From positions 558,001-622,000 of the forward strand of contig JAMWBK010000013.1 of assembly GCA_029953675.1 (NCBI GenBank): 64,000 bases of DNA, written 5' to 3'. The number at the start of each line of letters is the position of its first letter. The first letter of the stretch is position 1. Origin of the DNA: Rhodosorus marinus CCMP1338. Lineage: Eukaryota; Plantae; Rhodophyta. Both the position numbers and the translations under genes were made by a program. The notes beneath the pieces were generated by a model. It ran no database searches and was not told where the DNA came from. It was given only the letters and a program-made list of their open reading frames with translations. Below, in pieces: positions 11,861 to 25,847 of the stretch.

Positions 11861-12898
11861 ATGGTTGAGTACGGCTCTGTTAACTTCACGAAAGTGAAGG
11901 AGAAAAAGGAGAAGAAAAACCGCTCGAAAGGTTGGAAAATGACTGACTGGCTTCGAGCAGTACTGTTTACCATGGCGTAAGTTGTATGCGTTGTCTTCCA
12001 GTTGATACGGTTTCCAAAAGCGCCGAGCCGTGGGTTGCATATTTAATCGTTGTTCGCACATCATCGGTTTCTTTACATGCATTAGTCTGTGCATGTTGGT
12101 GGGATCAATAGTAGCAGCCTTCAGCTACTATGGGAGCGGTGCCCTCGTCCCGGTAGGATGTCAGACGACTTTGTACCTCATAAGGCATGGAGAAAAAACG
12201 GTAGGTGCCGATCCACCGGATCCATATCTAAACGATGCTGGAGAGGAAAGAGCCCAACAGCTGCCAAATCTGTTCTGCGGCAACGGTATGTCCAGGTCCT
12301 CATTAGAAAATCCCGAGAACGGATTGCCCTACTTCGTTTGCTGGATTCTCAACAGCTGACACTGGAACGACGAATCCACACAGACTGTAGGTTTCAAAGC
12401 CCGGACGTCCTAGTCGCCCGTGGTGCTAGTATGTCCTCTCGGAGACCCGTAGACATGGTTACCCCATTGGCACGGAATCTGAGCCTCACCGTAACCACGA
12501 GATTTCGAAAAAACCAGGCTCTGGCTTCCTTTCTTCTTGGTAGTGTCTTCGATGGCACTTGGTGCGGAAAGGTAACACACGGACGCTTCAAGTTGAGTAG
12601 TATAGGGCCTAGCGACGCTTTGTAGTTTTCAGAAGTGCTCAAAGTCTGTTTCTGAACCTGTCGTGTGCCCGAATTTACCTAGACTGTGTTGGTGTGCTGG
12701 AAACACTCGTTGCTTGCTCCCTTGGCTGGAATGCTTGGCTGTGCGAGCGAAAAGTGCGCAACTTGGGATGGGAACGATTTCGATTCGGTCTGGATGTTTG
12801 ACTTCAAGCTCGTGAACTCCACAGATTCCAACAAACGAGTCCATTGGACAAAATCTTTTCTGGCTCAAGCCGAGGGGTTGAATGAACCCAAACGTTGA
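11861..12898 (+). CDS. Histidine phosphatase (phosphoglycerate mutase superfamily) with N-terminal signal anchor, multi-exon
   Basis: LYLIRHGEK catalytic motif, SRRPVDMVTPLA, VLVCWKH, DFDSVW. The spliced N-terminus is a basic stretch followed by a hydrophobic helix (WLRAVLFTMALCMLVGSIVAAFSYY). Confidence 0.8.
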
Positions 12899-13182
12899 TG
12901 AGAATAGGTTGCTATTCAATATCAGCTTGAGAGGGGATGCGGGGGCGTGGCGCTGGCGTGTTCAAGCGCCGCGCACGGAGTGGCCCGTCGCTTCCAATTC
13001 TTGCGTGCTAAAAGACACCGCCCCTCATCTACAAACCAGACCATTCTACTTTATTTCATGCTACCATCTTTGTACACACTTTGCATTCCATTTTCTGGTC
13101 CGAGATCGCGCCATCAGCGCTGGATTGTCTGCTTAAACGAAGAACGAGGCTACGTAAGCTCCGAACAAGACGTGTTCGTCCT

Positions 13183-15420
13183 TCAGATTAGGCAAGAGGA
13201 CGACTTTCGCCAGTCTTTCCTTTCAAATTCCAACAAACTTCCGGCCGCCTTGTGGACAATTCCAACAGTCAGTAATTCGTCATCCTAAACGCGGACAGAG
13301 AATCACATCCGAAGACAACTAAGTCAAGACACTCCGCTAGACCAAGAGCGGATTGCGCTCCAGTTCACCGCGGAACCTCATCAACGCCCCATGTCGATTG
13401 ACGACGATACTTACCGGGCTGACAGTTATTCCAGACACCAGCCCAAACAAATCTATCTCCTGCTTCCGTTGGAAGTCCATGTCTCCGACAAGATATATGT
13501 ACACATAGTCTGAATTATCGGACATGATTAAAAATTTTCCATCGTTTGTGAACCTGAGACTTCGAATAGCTCCAAAGAAGCCTGGCAAGCATGGTCCTAG
13601 CTGGCGCGCTGGATATCGAACATCCCAAATACTGCGAAAAGGGTACAGTTTGCGCCTGTTAGCAAAACGGGCAGCGATCCAGGCTGACACCCAACTTAGA
13701 GGACACATTTGATACCCACCGACAAGTGTTGTCCTCGTTACCAGTAGCAATTATACTCCCATCTGGGTGCCAAGCTGTGGCAAACATATTTCTAATATGT
13801 CCACGGAGGATTACCTCGGGCTTCCCACTATCTACATCCACGAGCCTGCCATCCTCATGATCCCCGGCTACGCAAAGCAGTTTTCCACCGTTCGGCTGTC
13901 TGGTTGCATGGTTCACCTGCAGATTTGACAAGCGCGAGAGGACGCAAAGCTCAGGTTCCAAGTCCAAGCAAGTACCAAGTAGCGCAAGAAACCTTTTTAG
14001 GAGAGTGAGGCGTGGCCCCCTTACCGCAAATCCCATACGGATAGTATTGAACACTGAGAAGCTTTCCGTGTCGAACATACGGATTTTTCCGTCGTTGTTG
14101 CTAGTCATCATGACCAGCTGGCCTTGAGGGGACCAGTGGCAATCAATAGCATTCGTAATCGGGTCCGAGCGAGTGGATATGTGGTCCGCAAACACGATCG
14201 AGTTTCGATTCAAATCCTTCACTACAACTTCGCCATGAAGCCCACCGGCCATAACCAAATTCTCGATAGCGGCTATCGTTGTAACCGTCATATGTCTTAA
14301 ACCCCTCGATGTTACCTCGGGCGAACACATGTTCAGCACAGAACTTTCTTTCCTCCGCGATGCGTTCCAATGCATAATGCCTGGCCAAACCAAAAGCACC
14401 AGAAATGAGATACGCGATGGTTCGCGCGAAAAGGCAAAATCTCATTGCCGAGGCGATAGCTCGCCACACCCAGTACCCCAACAAAAGACAACTTCTAAAT
14501 ACGTGGTTAACGCAGACTTACTGTTCTTGCACATAGCGTAAACGTCATGTTGAGACGTAGAGACTACCAAATGCCTCAACTGTGTATGACCAATCGAGCA
14601 TGACACCCTCCTCGTGCTGTAGTTGAAACTGAAAAACTCCGCATCTGAGGGAGTAAACCAGGACAGTCGTGGGTGTGCCGTACAGAGGCCAGGAAGGTAA
14701 ACCGACTGTGCATTGTGCATCCTGTAGGTGTCTCTGCATGAAAACCCAAGCATGGCCAGATCAATTCCCTGTGACGGTCATAAGGCAAAGCCACAATGGT
14801 CAGGGGGGAAACACATTAGACAGCGTCAGTGTGCTCAAATGCATGTAATTATCTTTGAAAAGTTAAGCTGTAGTACCTGCATGTCAACTCCGTTCTGATA
14901 ATCTTCCCAGGTAATATCGCCGTGATGCTTGGTCAAGGACGGAATTGACTGGACAAACTCCGTTGATGTCATCGAATTGGCGCAATCGATGGCCATTTGG
15001 TTGTCCTCGGATTCCGTAGCGTCTCCAAAGGTGATAAAGGAGTCCTCCGTACCCTCTGACAGAGAGTCGAAATCAACATTGTCATCGACGACCTTGACGA
15101 CGACGAATTGAGTTGGACAAGAGAAAAAATATATATAAATAAGAAACAGAAACCACACCGCATGGCTTTTCAATTCAATGCCGCGAACTACATACCTCTA
15201 CGTTGTCATCGAACAGGTTTTCATTCGTCACGCGACTAACCAGAAACAGTAGAACAGGCAAATGAGAAGCAAACATCAACAAGCCACACCTACCGCGCCA
15301 AAAAAGGACTGCAATAAAATCACCGCGCCAAGGGAGTCCCAAGCACAAGGCCTCGCGCGGGCAGAAAAAAAAGAAGAGGTCACTCCTTACCTGTACCTCC
15401 CCTCCTGAATACCCACCCAT
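13183..15420 (-). CDS. WD40 protein of the DUF2415 / S. pombe C2A9.03-like family, multi-exon
   Basis: FFSFNYSTRRVSCSIGHTQLRHLVVSTSQHDVY, AGGLHGEV, ITNAI, SNND, VNHA, FATAWHPDG..IATGNEDNTCR, GAIRSLRFTNDGKF, QEIDLFG.VSGI.VSP. The first exon lies in a low-complexity island and is uncertain. Confidence 0.85.
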
Positions 15421-16330
15421 CCTCCAGAGAACTCCATTCCTCCCCCACAATACCCAAGCCCTCTACCCGCCCGCACCCCACCCTTCCCGACCAAACCCGG
15501 TCAACACCCCTTCATCTCCCACACCAAAAAAAACCCAAAAAAACTTATCCCACCGCCATCTTCAAAATCAAACGTAGCTCATATCCGTCCTTATCACCTC
15601 ACAATTACTCAAAAATTCCACGAAAGGATTACCCTCTCCTCCCCTCAGAATCAGTTGTTCAGTACCCCTCATCCTCCTCACTAACCTCTCAACAGGTTAC
15701 ACGAAACTGCTTCCCCCTTCCTTATAAGGCCCCCCACCAAACCACCTTCCTCATCATCAGCCAAAACCAAAAAAAAACTACTCAACTCCCCATCAAGTAC
15801 TCACTATACAAATACTATACCCCCTCCCCCCCCCTCTTTAACTTCAATAATCGTATTGGAAAAACCTAAACTTTAATATTCCACATACCCCCCTCTACTT
15901 TGTAACCCTACCATTGCATCTCAACAAATCTATAAAACCTTAAATTTCATGTCACCACCGTCGACATTATATAAAAAATCTAGATAAGTCATATTTATCT
16001 AGGGGTGAGGTTACTTTTGAATATGACACGGAATTCGAAAAGGTTAGGAACTACTAAAAGGGTTGGGGGTGGTTTTTTCTTGTCTAGTGGTTGAATATGG
16101 AATAGCATTGGTGAACGGAAAAAATGTAAAGGAGGGGGAGGGGGTGTGTGTGGTATAGTATAGTAAATTATGAGTTTTACTGGGTCAGGGTGCATATCTA
16201 AACCAAAATGTGCATGTGCATAATTAACGGGGATATTTTCATAATTAGGAATTATCTAGGTCCCAATCTTTTGAAATGTTTCTATATAAGTAATATTTAG
16301 GTAAATCTGGGGAAGATATTATTCATTATT
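15400..16330. other. Low-complexity skew-switch island (C/A-rich then G/T-rich on +)
   Basis: 15400-15950 is nearly devoid of G with C and A runs. After about 16000 it is G/T-rich with G runs. It lies at the 5' end of the minus-strand WD40 gene. Confidence 0.75.
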
Positions 16331-16339
16331 TGGAAAACT

Positions 16340-18205
16340 CCGTATGAGCGCAGTTACCAATTGATCGCTCTCTGCTCAGCGGCTTCGTAGCTGCAGTTGC
16401 GGCTTTGCGAGCTTGGGACTTCGAGTCAACAGACAAAGGAGAAACGGCAACCCCACAACCGAGCTGGACAGAAAAATTGCTATGTGCGTTGAGGAAGACG
16501 CGCGCTCTGTATAGGTCTTGAATGTGAAGGATCACCTCCAGCGTCGTCAGCTGGACAGTGGGGTGGCAAGGTACTGCGTTGGCTTTCAAGTCGAGGGTCT
16601 GAGGAGCTTTAGGATATCTAGTACAAGCGAACCTGCTTCGTCTATCTTGGTAGATCCCTTGCTACGGTCGCCGTCGAGAGGTATCTCGACGGCGACACGA
16701 AAGACAGAGATTTTTGAAACGTGAATTACCCAAACATGTACAAGCTTCTGTAAACTTAAGCCACACCTCGTGATGCGTGCCCCACCTGTATGTTCTACCG
16801 CCAGATGAATGCCTGCCGAGGTGTACGAACCATAGAAGCCAGGATGCATTCATCCGCACTGATGTCCCCGCTCTAGCCTATTGCAACCGGAATTTTCTTG
16901 TTAACTACCGGCCAAGTGTAGAAGGGAAAAAAAGCTGAGGCGTCCAGGGAGTACTAGGCGAACTCAAGCAGGATGGGACTGGTACCTTCTGGCCGAAGGC
17001 ATCAAGATAGCTCAAGACGGATGAAAGACGTAATAGGGCAGAACGCTGGTGAATGACCGCGTTCGAGGCCCACAATCCCTTGCTACTGCGCTTTGGATAA
17101 GATAGTACATAGCTAAGCCAATTAGTGCCTTCACACTGGTTGGTATAGCTTTACTACGTACTTCTTCATCAAGGGGTCATTGGAGTACAATGGAACATCA
17201 ACGCATCCAATCGATTTCTGCACTTCTACCCCCGGCTAGTCACCAACTTCACTTCAAACCTTCTGCAGGTCCGTTGACTTCCTCTCCCGATCTCAGTCTT
17301 CCAACGAACAATGAGGGGAACCGTTCGATCTGTGATTCACCAGCGAAACATGCATATGCTGGCTGCCGGTAAGTAGTCGTTGTTCCAGACTGCAAGGTTC
17401 ATGCTGTGATGTCGCTCTGACAGTTCCCGAGGGTTGTCGTCTCAATGCTCGTGCAGTGACTCTTAGTATGACGCAAATTCGTCGCTCTGACAACTGCTTT
17501 TCGGTGTCACTGCTGGCCGATACCGTCAACGTGAGCGTGGCTTAGCTCTGTCGAACCTGGGAAATTCAGATCACCCGAGAGCCACGAAAATCTTCGCCGG
17601 TGGCTGTTTGATTGACGCGAACTGGAAACTACAACGTTAGGCTCACCATCCGCATTAGCAATGCTAGTCACATTACCGTCCCCTTTCACATCATCAATCC
17701 TCTGCCAGAACGATTTCTGAGTAATAAAAGAATCATGCCTGGCAAAGCTCCGCATATGGTATGCCTTTATGTCCATATCTTCATCCGCATCCTCTTCCGT
17801 TTGCCGTGTCCCAAACAGCTCCTGAAGCAAAGCCTCAACAAGTCTATAAATACTAAAGAAAAATTCTGACAGACGCAAAACGATTATGCAAAAAAAAACA
17901 TATGTTAGATGCGTGTACCATAGAAGCAACATCTGAAGCAACAACAAGCGGATAGTTCACTCACCGATGACGAAATTACGCTTCACCATCGTACCTCTTC
18001 GTGTTCTTGTCCCGGACTTCGCGCTATAGTCGTCCTCGAGCAGATGCACCTCCTCCTCATCGAGCCGCTCCTCTAGTCTCGTCGTCACTTCATGAAGCTC
18101 TTCCAACCGCAAGTCAACCGCGTTCGGCTCCTCGACATCCTGTAGGCGCTCCGTTAAACCTTCTATAAGCTCTTCAAAACTCAATTCTCCTTCTGACTCC
18201 TGCAT
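16340..18205 (-). CDS. Hypothetical multi-exon protein with acidic coiled-coil-like segment
   Basis: A chain of ORF pieces bounded by GT/AG: ELSFEELIEGLTERLQDVEEP...LEELHEVTTRLEERLDEEE, LVEALLQELFG...FWQRIDD, SKISVFRVAVEIPLD, LTTLEVILHIQDLY. It may extend upstream to about 18700. No family recognised. Confidence 0.5.
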
Positions 18206-19214
18206 AGCAACGACATTCCATTAGGAACTCAACACCAAACAACCCTCCCACGACAGCCCCTGTTCAGGCCAAGCGTCCACCCGAATTGACTTTGACTTCA
18301 ACAAACACGCCTGGAACAGATGGCCGGCCAGTTTTATAGCTCCTAGCGATGTTGAACGCTTGTTCAACACGTCTCCTACAAACCCACCGACTACGACCAG
18401 ACCAGAATAGCTTGCATCAATTCGCAAGTCCTTTTTACAATAAATCCTCATTACAAGAAGGAAACAAGAATTCGGAACTGCTCAGAGCTTCCTCTGAAGG
18501 CTGCTTGTACGCCTAAAGCGTGAGCTTTGTATACTGAACACCAGCATCATCTCTACGACAGTCTGAATGTCCTAAGATGCTTAAGAATTTTTGATCACTC
18601 GGTAGGCCTGAAAGCGAGAAGCATGATTCTTTCGGTGCAAGCTTGGCCCACCCCTTCCAGGTCGTTCTCGGATCTGGGTTCGCATTTGAAAAACTAAGTG
18701 GTTATCAGAGCGTGTTTCGTCTAGACGTCATGGGCTGAGTAGCGAGGTTCGCCTTCCCCTATCCCTGCGCTAAGCTTTAAGATTCCTCGAAGCCAGCGCG
18801 GCAAGAAAGTTTGGGCAATGTGCAACACACTTCTATACCTGTAATGTAATATTGTGTATCAACGCAGCGACACCGGTTTCTTTATACATACACGATCGTC
18901 CTGGGCGAAAATACCAACTGGAGGTTTGGTGTGGTTTTCAAGAACATTAAAAAGACTTCGATGAACTAATTATGAATTCCAAGCTATTAAACAGGAGAAT
19001 TTAGTAGGATTGTTCCGCGGCGCAAGCGCTCGTTTCGACATTACAAGTGTGCCTCGAGTTGACATTTGTTTCTGTGCCTCGTCGCACGTCTATTTCTTTC
19101 GAGTCACTCATCCGTGGACCTTACAAAAACTGCGAGCACTCTCGAGAAGTTAACTTTGGGAAAATGAATTACAGCATGAGGCGCTCGTGTGGTAGAGACA
19201 GTAGGGAGCTTGAG

Positions 19215-22200
19215 TTATTCCTGCGCGACAACCGCCGTGTTTTCGTCCGGCAGAGCCGACGCCTCGATCGGCGCAGTATCTCGTTGCGCTGTGAAGAACT
19301 CGTCCAATTTGCTCGCGTACGTGGACACCAGTTCCGCCATCTCATCGACGTTGTGGACCTTGACGATGCCGGTTGCACTGCCTTTCTTTCCGGATTTCCT
19401 AGCAAACTGAGATTCGTATCTCTCGTCCGTGCGCAACTCGAGAACTGAGGGTCTGAAAACGCGTAACAGAAGGATGCAAATAAAAAAAAGCTTTTCAGTG
19501 ACGTGATGCGGAGACTAGAAAACGTGGACTTCTTGTGGAATCCTCATACCTCTTCGACAACAAATTAAAAGCCGGTGCGAGTTCGAGGCACGACTCGAAC
19601 AGCTCTTTTCTACAGAACACATAAAGACCGAGCCGAGCCCGAGACAACGCCACAACCAGCCTTCTAACGTCTCTGATATGACCCACACTCCTGGTCCTCA
19701 CCTAGTGAAGTATTTGTCATTGGGAAAAAGCCGTTAAAAGTCAACTCTGGTAGTCGATGACACAATCTCTACGCCAAGTCACTAGAACTCACCAAGCTGA
19801 GCAATACATAGTCGTTCTGACGGCCTTGGTATTTGTCCACAGTGGATATCTTGCTCGGCATGCCAATGGTTGGATTCCATTGAATACGAGCAGATATTAC
19901 ATCCTTCAGCAAGTGCTTTTGTCCATTGTAAGTCGTGAGCACCGTAATCTTCTCCGCTGGGTAGCCCAGCAGCCGCATGTACTGATAAAGCGCAGCGACG
20001 TATTCCGCTTCCTGGAGAAAAGTCGAGGTTAGGCGTCAAACCAGGAGTGTTTCCATTCTAGGCGACTACCTCATAAGCGGGTCATAGTACTCACTACGAT
20101 GTTCTGGTAGAAGAAAGGAACCGGTGCTGATTCCGTGTCCGCCTTCCCTACGTCAATGAGCTGGAAATCGTGGACGAAACCGGGATTACCAAGGTTGTAG
20201 GCCGATACGGAGCCGTCCGTGAGCATCCCCAAGTCCTCAAGCTTGTCGTATCTCCATCGGTACAAATCGGCCAACTCAGCCCTCGCACGTCCCTGTCACG
20301 AGCCATCACACGTCAGTACGCGTATGAGCAGGAGTTTCCAGAGTACGAACTGGAACCTTTTGCGGTTCGGAGAACCAGATTCTGCCCACCTGCTTGTCTA
20401 GGCAGATCGCAGGATTCCCGAGACGTATCAACCTCGAGAACAAGCTTTGACTCATTCTTGCATAGTTCTGCAAAGCCGGATTCTTTACAATTGGGGGAAG
20501 CTGGTTGTGGTCACCAACCAGGACAATCCGCTTCAGCGGAGATCCCGACGAAGGGTTGTCCGGCTTCTGTAAAAGCATTGGGATCAACGTCTCTATCTCC
20601 AATACCTGTCCAGCCTCTTCCATTACCAAGCTGTCATACCTGATGACACAGATGAAAAGCCGATTCGAACTCATTTGAATAAACCCGTGTCTTACAAGCG
20701 TCCGCAAGCAATGCGTTCATGGGATTGTTTTCCAACCTGAGACCCAGTCGAATGAACTCGTCTCTCCTCATAGCAGCGTGCGTACACGTCATGGCAATGA
20801 TTCTTGCTTGCTTGCAAAGCAAGTAATCCCCTCGATCTTTGTTGTTGCGCAACAACTCCATGGATCTGCACTCCTCAACCTCATTGAAAATGTCTAATAT
20901 ATAGTCATAGCAGTCCGACGCGATCTTCACGTTGCGCTCCCTTGCAGATTCATCCTGATTTGTGATTACCATTCGACGGAACAAGGACGTGAGGGTTCAG
21001 TCGGGGGCATTGGTTTGGCGACAAGCGTCAGCAAATTCACCGGACGGCAATTTAAACCATGGAATTGGATTGTCGTACCTGGGAGAATGGCGCATCTGGG
21101 AAAAACTGGCCAAAGGGAAACAATTCCTGAACGCCCTTATCCTTCTCCCGCTCAATGTTGTCCATAAACTTTTCCCACCGCAAGCGCACCGTATGCTTGA
21201 AAAAGAGGTCTGCAGTCTCGCATGTATAGCCATGGTCTCCTGCGGAAAGGAAATTATTATTCGGGGATCAGACTACGTGGATTGCTGGTGACAACCGAAG
21301 TTCGACAGGTGGGGAGGCGCGTGGCGCGTACCAGCAACATTCAGGCTCTTTGCAAGGGCCGCAACCTCACTGAGACGATTGAGTCGTTTCTGCAACATGT
21401 GGTTTACTCTACCGACTTTGCTAAACGACTTCTCCGTGGCGAGCGCTTTTTCTCCCTGGCCGAGCCTCAGGAGATGCCTATTGACCAAGAGGCTTCCTTT
21501 TAGAGAGGACCGAGAACATGCAACTGCTCTTCTTACCCATTCCGAACTACCCAATATACATGAACACGCATGTTCCCGAACCAATGCGCATACCTTTCAT
21601 CAACGTCTCTCTGCATGATTTTCTCGAAAATGTCGTTCAACGCATAATTGGAATGCGTGACAATTAGCACTTTCTGATCCGGATACGATTTGTACAAGTT
21701 GGCCAAAATCTGCACTGCCACATCCGTCTTCCCTGTGCCAGGAGGTCCAACAACCTGAGAAAGGAGCCCACGATCAGTTTCAAAGTGATATGACGAGCTT
21801 GAAGAAACGTAGACCCGAAGATTTACATTGCCAAACGCGGATACTGCAATGCTGGATGAAAGAGCAAGCTAGGATGCACCAATGCAAGTAACAACCAGGA
21901 TCCATATCATGAAGCTGATCTAGGAGTACCTACCAGAGTCAGACCCTTTTCCATCCCTGACCGAATTGCTCCAACCTGGGTTGGGGTAAACGGTACAGGG
22001 TTCCGCTTTGGCTTCTCGCCAACTCTGTACATTGGAGAAGAGTCGTAGGCCTCTACTCGAAGTTTGTTGTCCTTCTCAAATGTAGCCTTAAAGTGGGTTT
22101 CCCTGTGTTCGATTGCGCGTGAGCGAGGGTAGAATTGCTTAGCTTCACGTTTGCCAGCCATGAAGGTCCGCGCCAATGAACTCCACTTGACTGCTTTTTC

Positions 22201-25200
22201 GGGATGCAAAGACTTACGCGTCTTCCTTCATTTCACCGCTGGTGACCTCTATATCCATTTCTGGGAAAGACCTCTTCAAATGCTCCTCGGAGAGAAAAGT
22301 ATCGTAAAAGTCTAGAGTTCCAGCTCCCTCATCGCCCTCTTCTTCCGCTAAACTGTAGTACGTTGCTCCTCCTGGATTTCCATACCTAAACGGAAAATGG
22401 ACACGGGGTTTAGGCGACTTACCCGGGATTCTCAACTCATGGCTGACCGTTCGTACCCCAGAAAGTTGTCATGTAGCCACGATGGAATCACCGTGCCTGA
22501 GTCGCGTGAACCGATCAGATTGCGGATTGTCTCCAGAATCGCCTGATGGAGAAACACGAGGTGAAGCGCAGAGCACTGGTTTAAGAATCACCCACGGGGT
22601 GCTTCCAGATCATGCGGTATATCACGGATAAGGGTGTAAACTCCATCGGTACCTTAAAGTTGTTCTCTTTCGCCTTCCTGCGAATCAGTAAATTGAAGCC
22701 CCCACCGTCCGACCCGTACAGCTTTTCAGCGAGCCCTTTCTCTTCATCGAGGAAGTATTGGACAGGATCCAGATATGCTCGAAACCGACGAATTGGAGAG
22801 TCGCCCCTTCCATAAACTGCTTTCCCGACTTCCCACTCCCGAACCTATTGAGATGAACAGGTGACCGTGACATGGCGAAGATCAGGCAGAGGAACTTGCA
22901 TATTGAGCTCCCAGAGCAGGTCAACCATCCTCCCAGTTTCCATCTAGAGGCGTGAGCACTCGTGGTCGTACCTCGTTCCCATCGGCGTCAAGCATCGCGC
23001 TGACGCAAAGACCCCTCACAAGGCGAACACCATTAGCTTGAGCAAAGCCGATCTTCGAATCACCTCCGTTTTCGAAGACCGTTTCCGGAATATCGATTCC
23101 AACCAGGAAAAGAACATCGTGCTCTTTCGTCTCATCCCACTCTTTTCTAGCCTCAAGTGGAAGCTTTCTCAAGTCGTACTTCACCTGAAGGAGGAAACAG
23201 TGGTGGGCACACGAGCTCAGAGCCTATTGCAAGCCAGCAACTGGCTTGTAGAAAAGTTTGCTTACTTCGCACAGTACGCTTCGCGGACTTGGATGATCAA
23301 GGCGAGGCGCCTTCTTTTGCAGAATCTTGAAGTCCGTCATTGTTGCGGCCATACGAGCCCAGCCATCAAAGACCAGATTACCCTGGTCCGCAAGTCGTGG
23401 TCGCATCCTCTTGATCACGGATTCGAGGTCATCCCGAATCTCCGATGTAGACTCTAGCCGATACAGGGTATAATTACGCAGAAGGTAGTCGTACCTGCAA
23501 AACGCCATCATCAAATTGAGAATCAGCACATATTAGCTCTTTCTGGGTGGTCATACGAAAAAAGAAGCGCAGGGTTCGCCGCCTTCAGTGAACGCCCCCT
23601 CACATTGTAAGAAACTGCAAGTTGAGCTTCGGGAGGGCTAGGGACTTTGTTGCAAAGCTGAAGTCGGACGGGGGTACGATTGAAGTATTCCAGATCAGGT
23701 CCTCAGTAGGATATAATGGTTCCCGCTTGAATGACTCGGCCTAGGGGAAAGAAACATGTGCAGAAGCATCAGCATATGTGACAGCAAGGGTATGCAAGCG
23801 AGCGGTCCAAGCTCAGTTGCGCACCTGCGTTCTTCGCCTACAGTATCTGTGCAGGATCGCTTCCTCAACGAAAAGGCGGCTCACAGTTTCGCCCTTTGGA
23901 ACACACTGTATCGCGGCGGCAAAATCCATCAGCTGCTTATCATCAAGCTTTGACAAATGTTCTTTGAGTGACGCTCTGTCTTCAACAGATGACTGGTTTG
24001 TCAGAGCAAGATCCTCCAAGACCTTTGGGTACATCCGAAAAGCTGTCCTCTGCAAGACAAAAAGAGCAGGCCGCAATAGACCATGCTCAGTCTCCCATTA
24101 TGTGGACACGCTCCGCTGAGTTCGAGAACGGAGAGACACTACGCTAACTTGACCCCTAGTGCAACTTACCTGAAGAAAGGCCAGTCGTTCACATTGCCTC
24201 TGAACAACGCTCTCGACTGACAGTGCATCTCCGGTGTGATCGTTGATCTCAAATTCCACGTAGAAATCAACGAGATCCAGCAGTCTGGATAAAACGCTGA
24301 AGGCGTCCGGATCCTTGCTCGCCGCTATCGCCAGTCTGCACTTGACCACAACCTTTCGGACAGCGGCAAAAAAGGGGGATGAATACTTAGAAAAGCAAAA
24401 CACAAAAGTTGTGGGAAAGGTTCGTGTGCCTTTGGGACGAACCTGCAAATCGTCGAGAAGAGGCCGGAAAAACCTACGAGTCGGCAGTTGCGAAAGAAGA
24501 TCAATCGTCAAGTCCGCGCATCGCTCCAAATATGCGACTTCTTGACCGAGGCCCATGCTGTCCTTCTCCATGTCTTTGCCGTTCTCAAGGGTTCCAACAA
24601 AATCAGTCAGCAGACGGGGTATCATCAGGCTCTCTTCACCTTCAGAAGCCTGGTGAATCGCATGAAACATAGGTGCTTCGAGTGAGACCATCCGTTCCCA
24701 CGGTTCTGCGTAGGACTACTTGGAGTGGGAATGCTTACGTTCTTCTTGCTACGGAGCTTATCAAACTGCTTCCTGGTTCTACGGGGAGCATTGTTGAGCT
24801 CTTCCTTGAGCCTTTCGTCGGAAAGATTCATCCACAGTGGGAGGTGTACATATGGGAGGCATGTTCTGCGGACAATAGATACTTCTAGAGAATTGAACGC
24901 TACGTTGAAGAAACCGATCCTCATACGTTTTTCCGTGACGTTGAGGTTCTCCAATTCGGTTATTGCCGAAACCAAGATCTTGAACTTTTCCAATTCGTCC
25001 CGGACAAACGCAAACGGTTCGAGTCCCTGGTTGTGCTTCTCGACGATGATCATGGCTGCGCTCATTACGTGTTCTTTTGAGCGATGGTCCTCGCTTATAT
25101 TCGGAAACAGCAATATCTCCAGGTACTGTCGGAGTTCCAGCGATTGAAGATTTTCTTCAATGTTCACATAGGTCGACTGAACAACCTCCTCCGAAAACTC

Positions 25201-25332
25201 TTCCATCCCCGGATTCCATACGCCGCTGGCATTTCCGGCCTTCTCAGATCCGGCCTTACCAGTCTTACCAGTCTTACCAGACTTCGGCTCCGACGATTTC
25301 CGAGCTCGTTTCGCAGCGCGTTTTTGCACCAT
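19215..25332 (-). CDS. AQR: Intron-binding spliceosomal SF1 helicase Aquarius, many introns
   Basis: [141 protein letters not shown]. Confidence 0.95.
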
Positions 25333-25847
25333 CCTTCTTCGTACGCAGAAAAAAAAACAAACCTAATTCAGCTCTTCCCTCCGAAAAACAGCCAGGCTCT
25401 ATTGCATCAGTTTATGCCACTCCAACCCGGGGCAAACCACAGTTCTCACAAATCAATCCATTCAAAGATCACGATTGATAGCCTTCAATCCTCGCGAAAC
25501 ATCGGCTATACCAATCCGAATGCTCCCACCCATGCTCTCGCACGCACATCGCTCGAGTCCATCTCCCCCGATAATAGCTTCACCAGCCCAGCGCCTAGAG
25601 AAAATTGAGGTACCAAAACGACCGACCCGGAACTTTGTCACCCTGAAACATTCAGCCGAAAAAAAACACGTTTCAGTGATTGTCGGAAGTACGCTTCAGG
25701 GTTATATCCGATCGAACCTGCTCACCCTGAAGCTTGCTGATGTGGAACTTAAGTTTTACCCTTTTGACCTGGCCCAGATTTGTTGTCGGTAGTATGGCTT
25801 TGGGACCTGGGACCGTGGAGCAGTGTTTCCCGAGTAGGCAGTATACA

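Noticed and set aside
25254-25280. 9-bp tandem repeat cttaccagt x3
   Set aside because: It simply encodes GKTGKTGK in the disordered AQR N-terminus.
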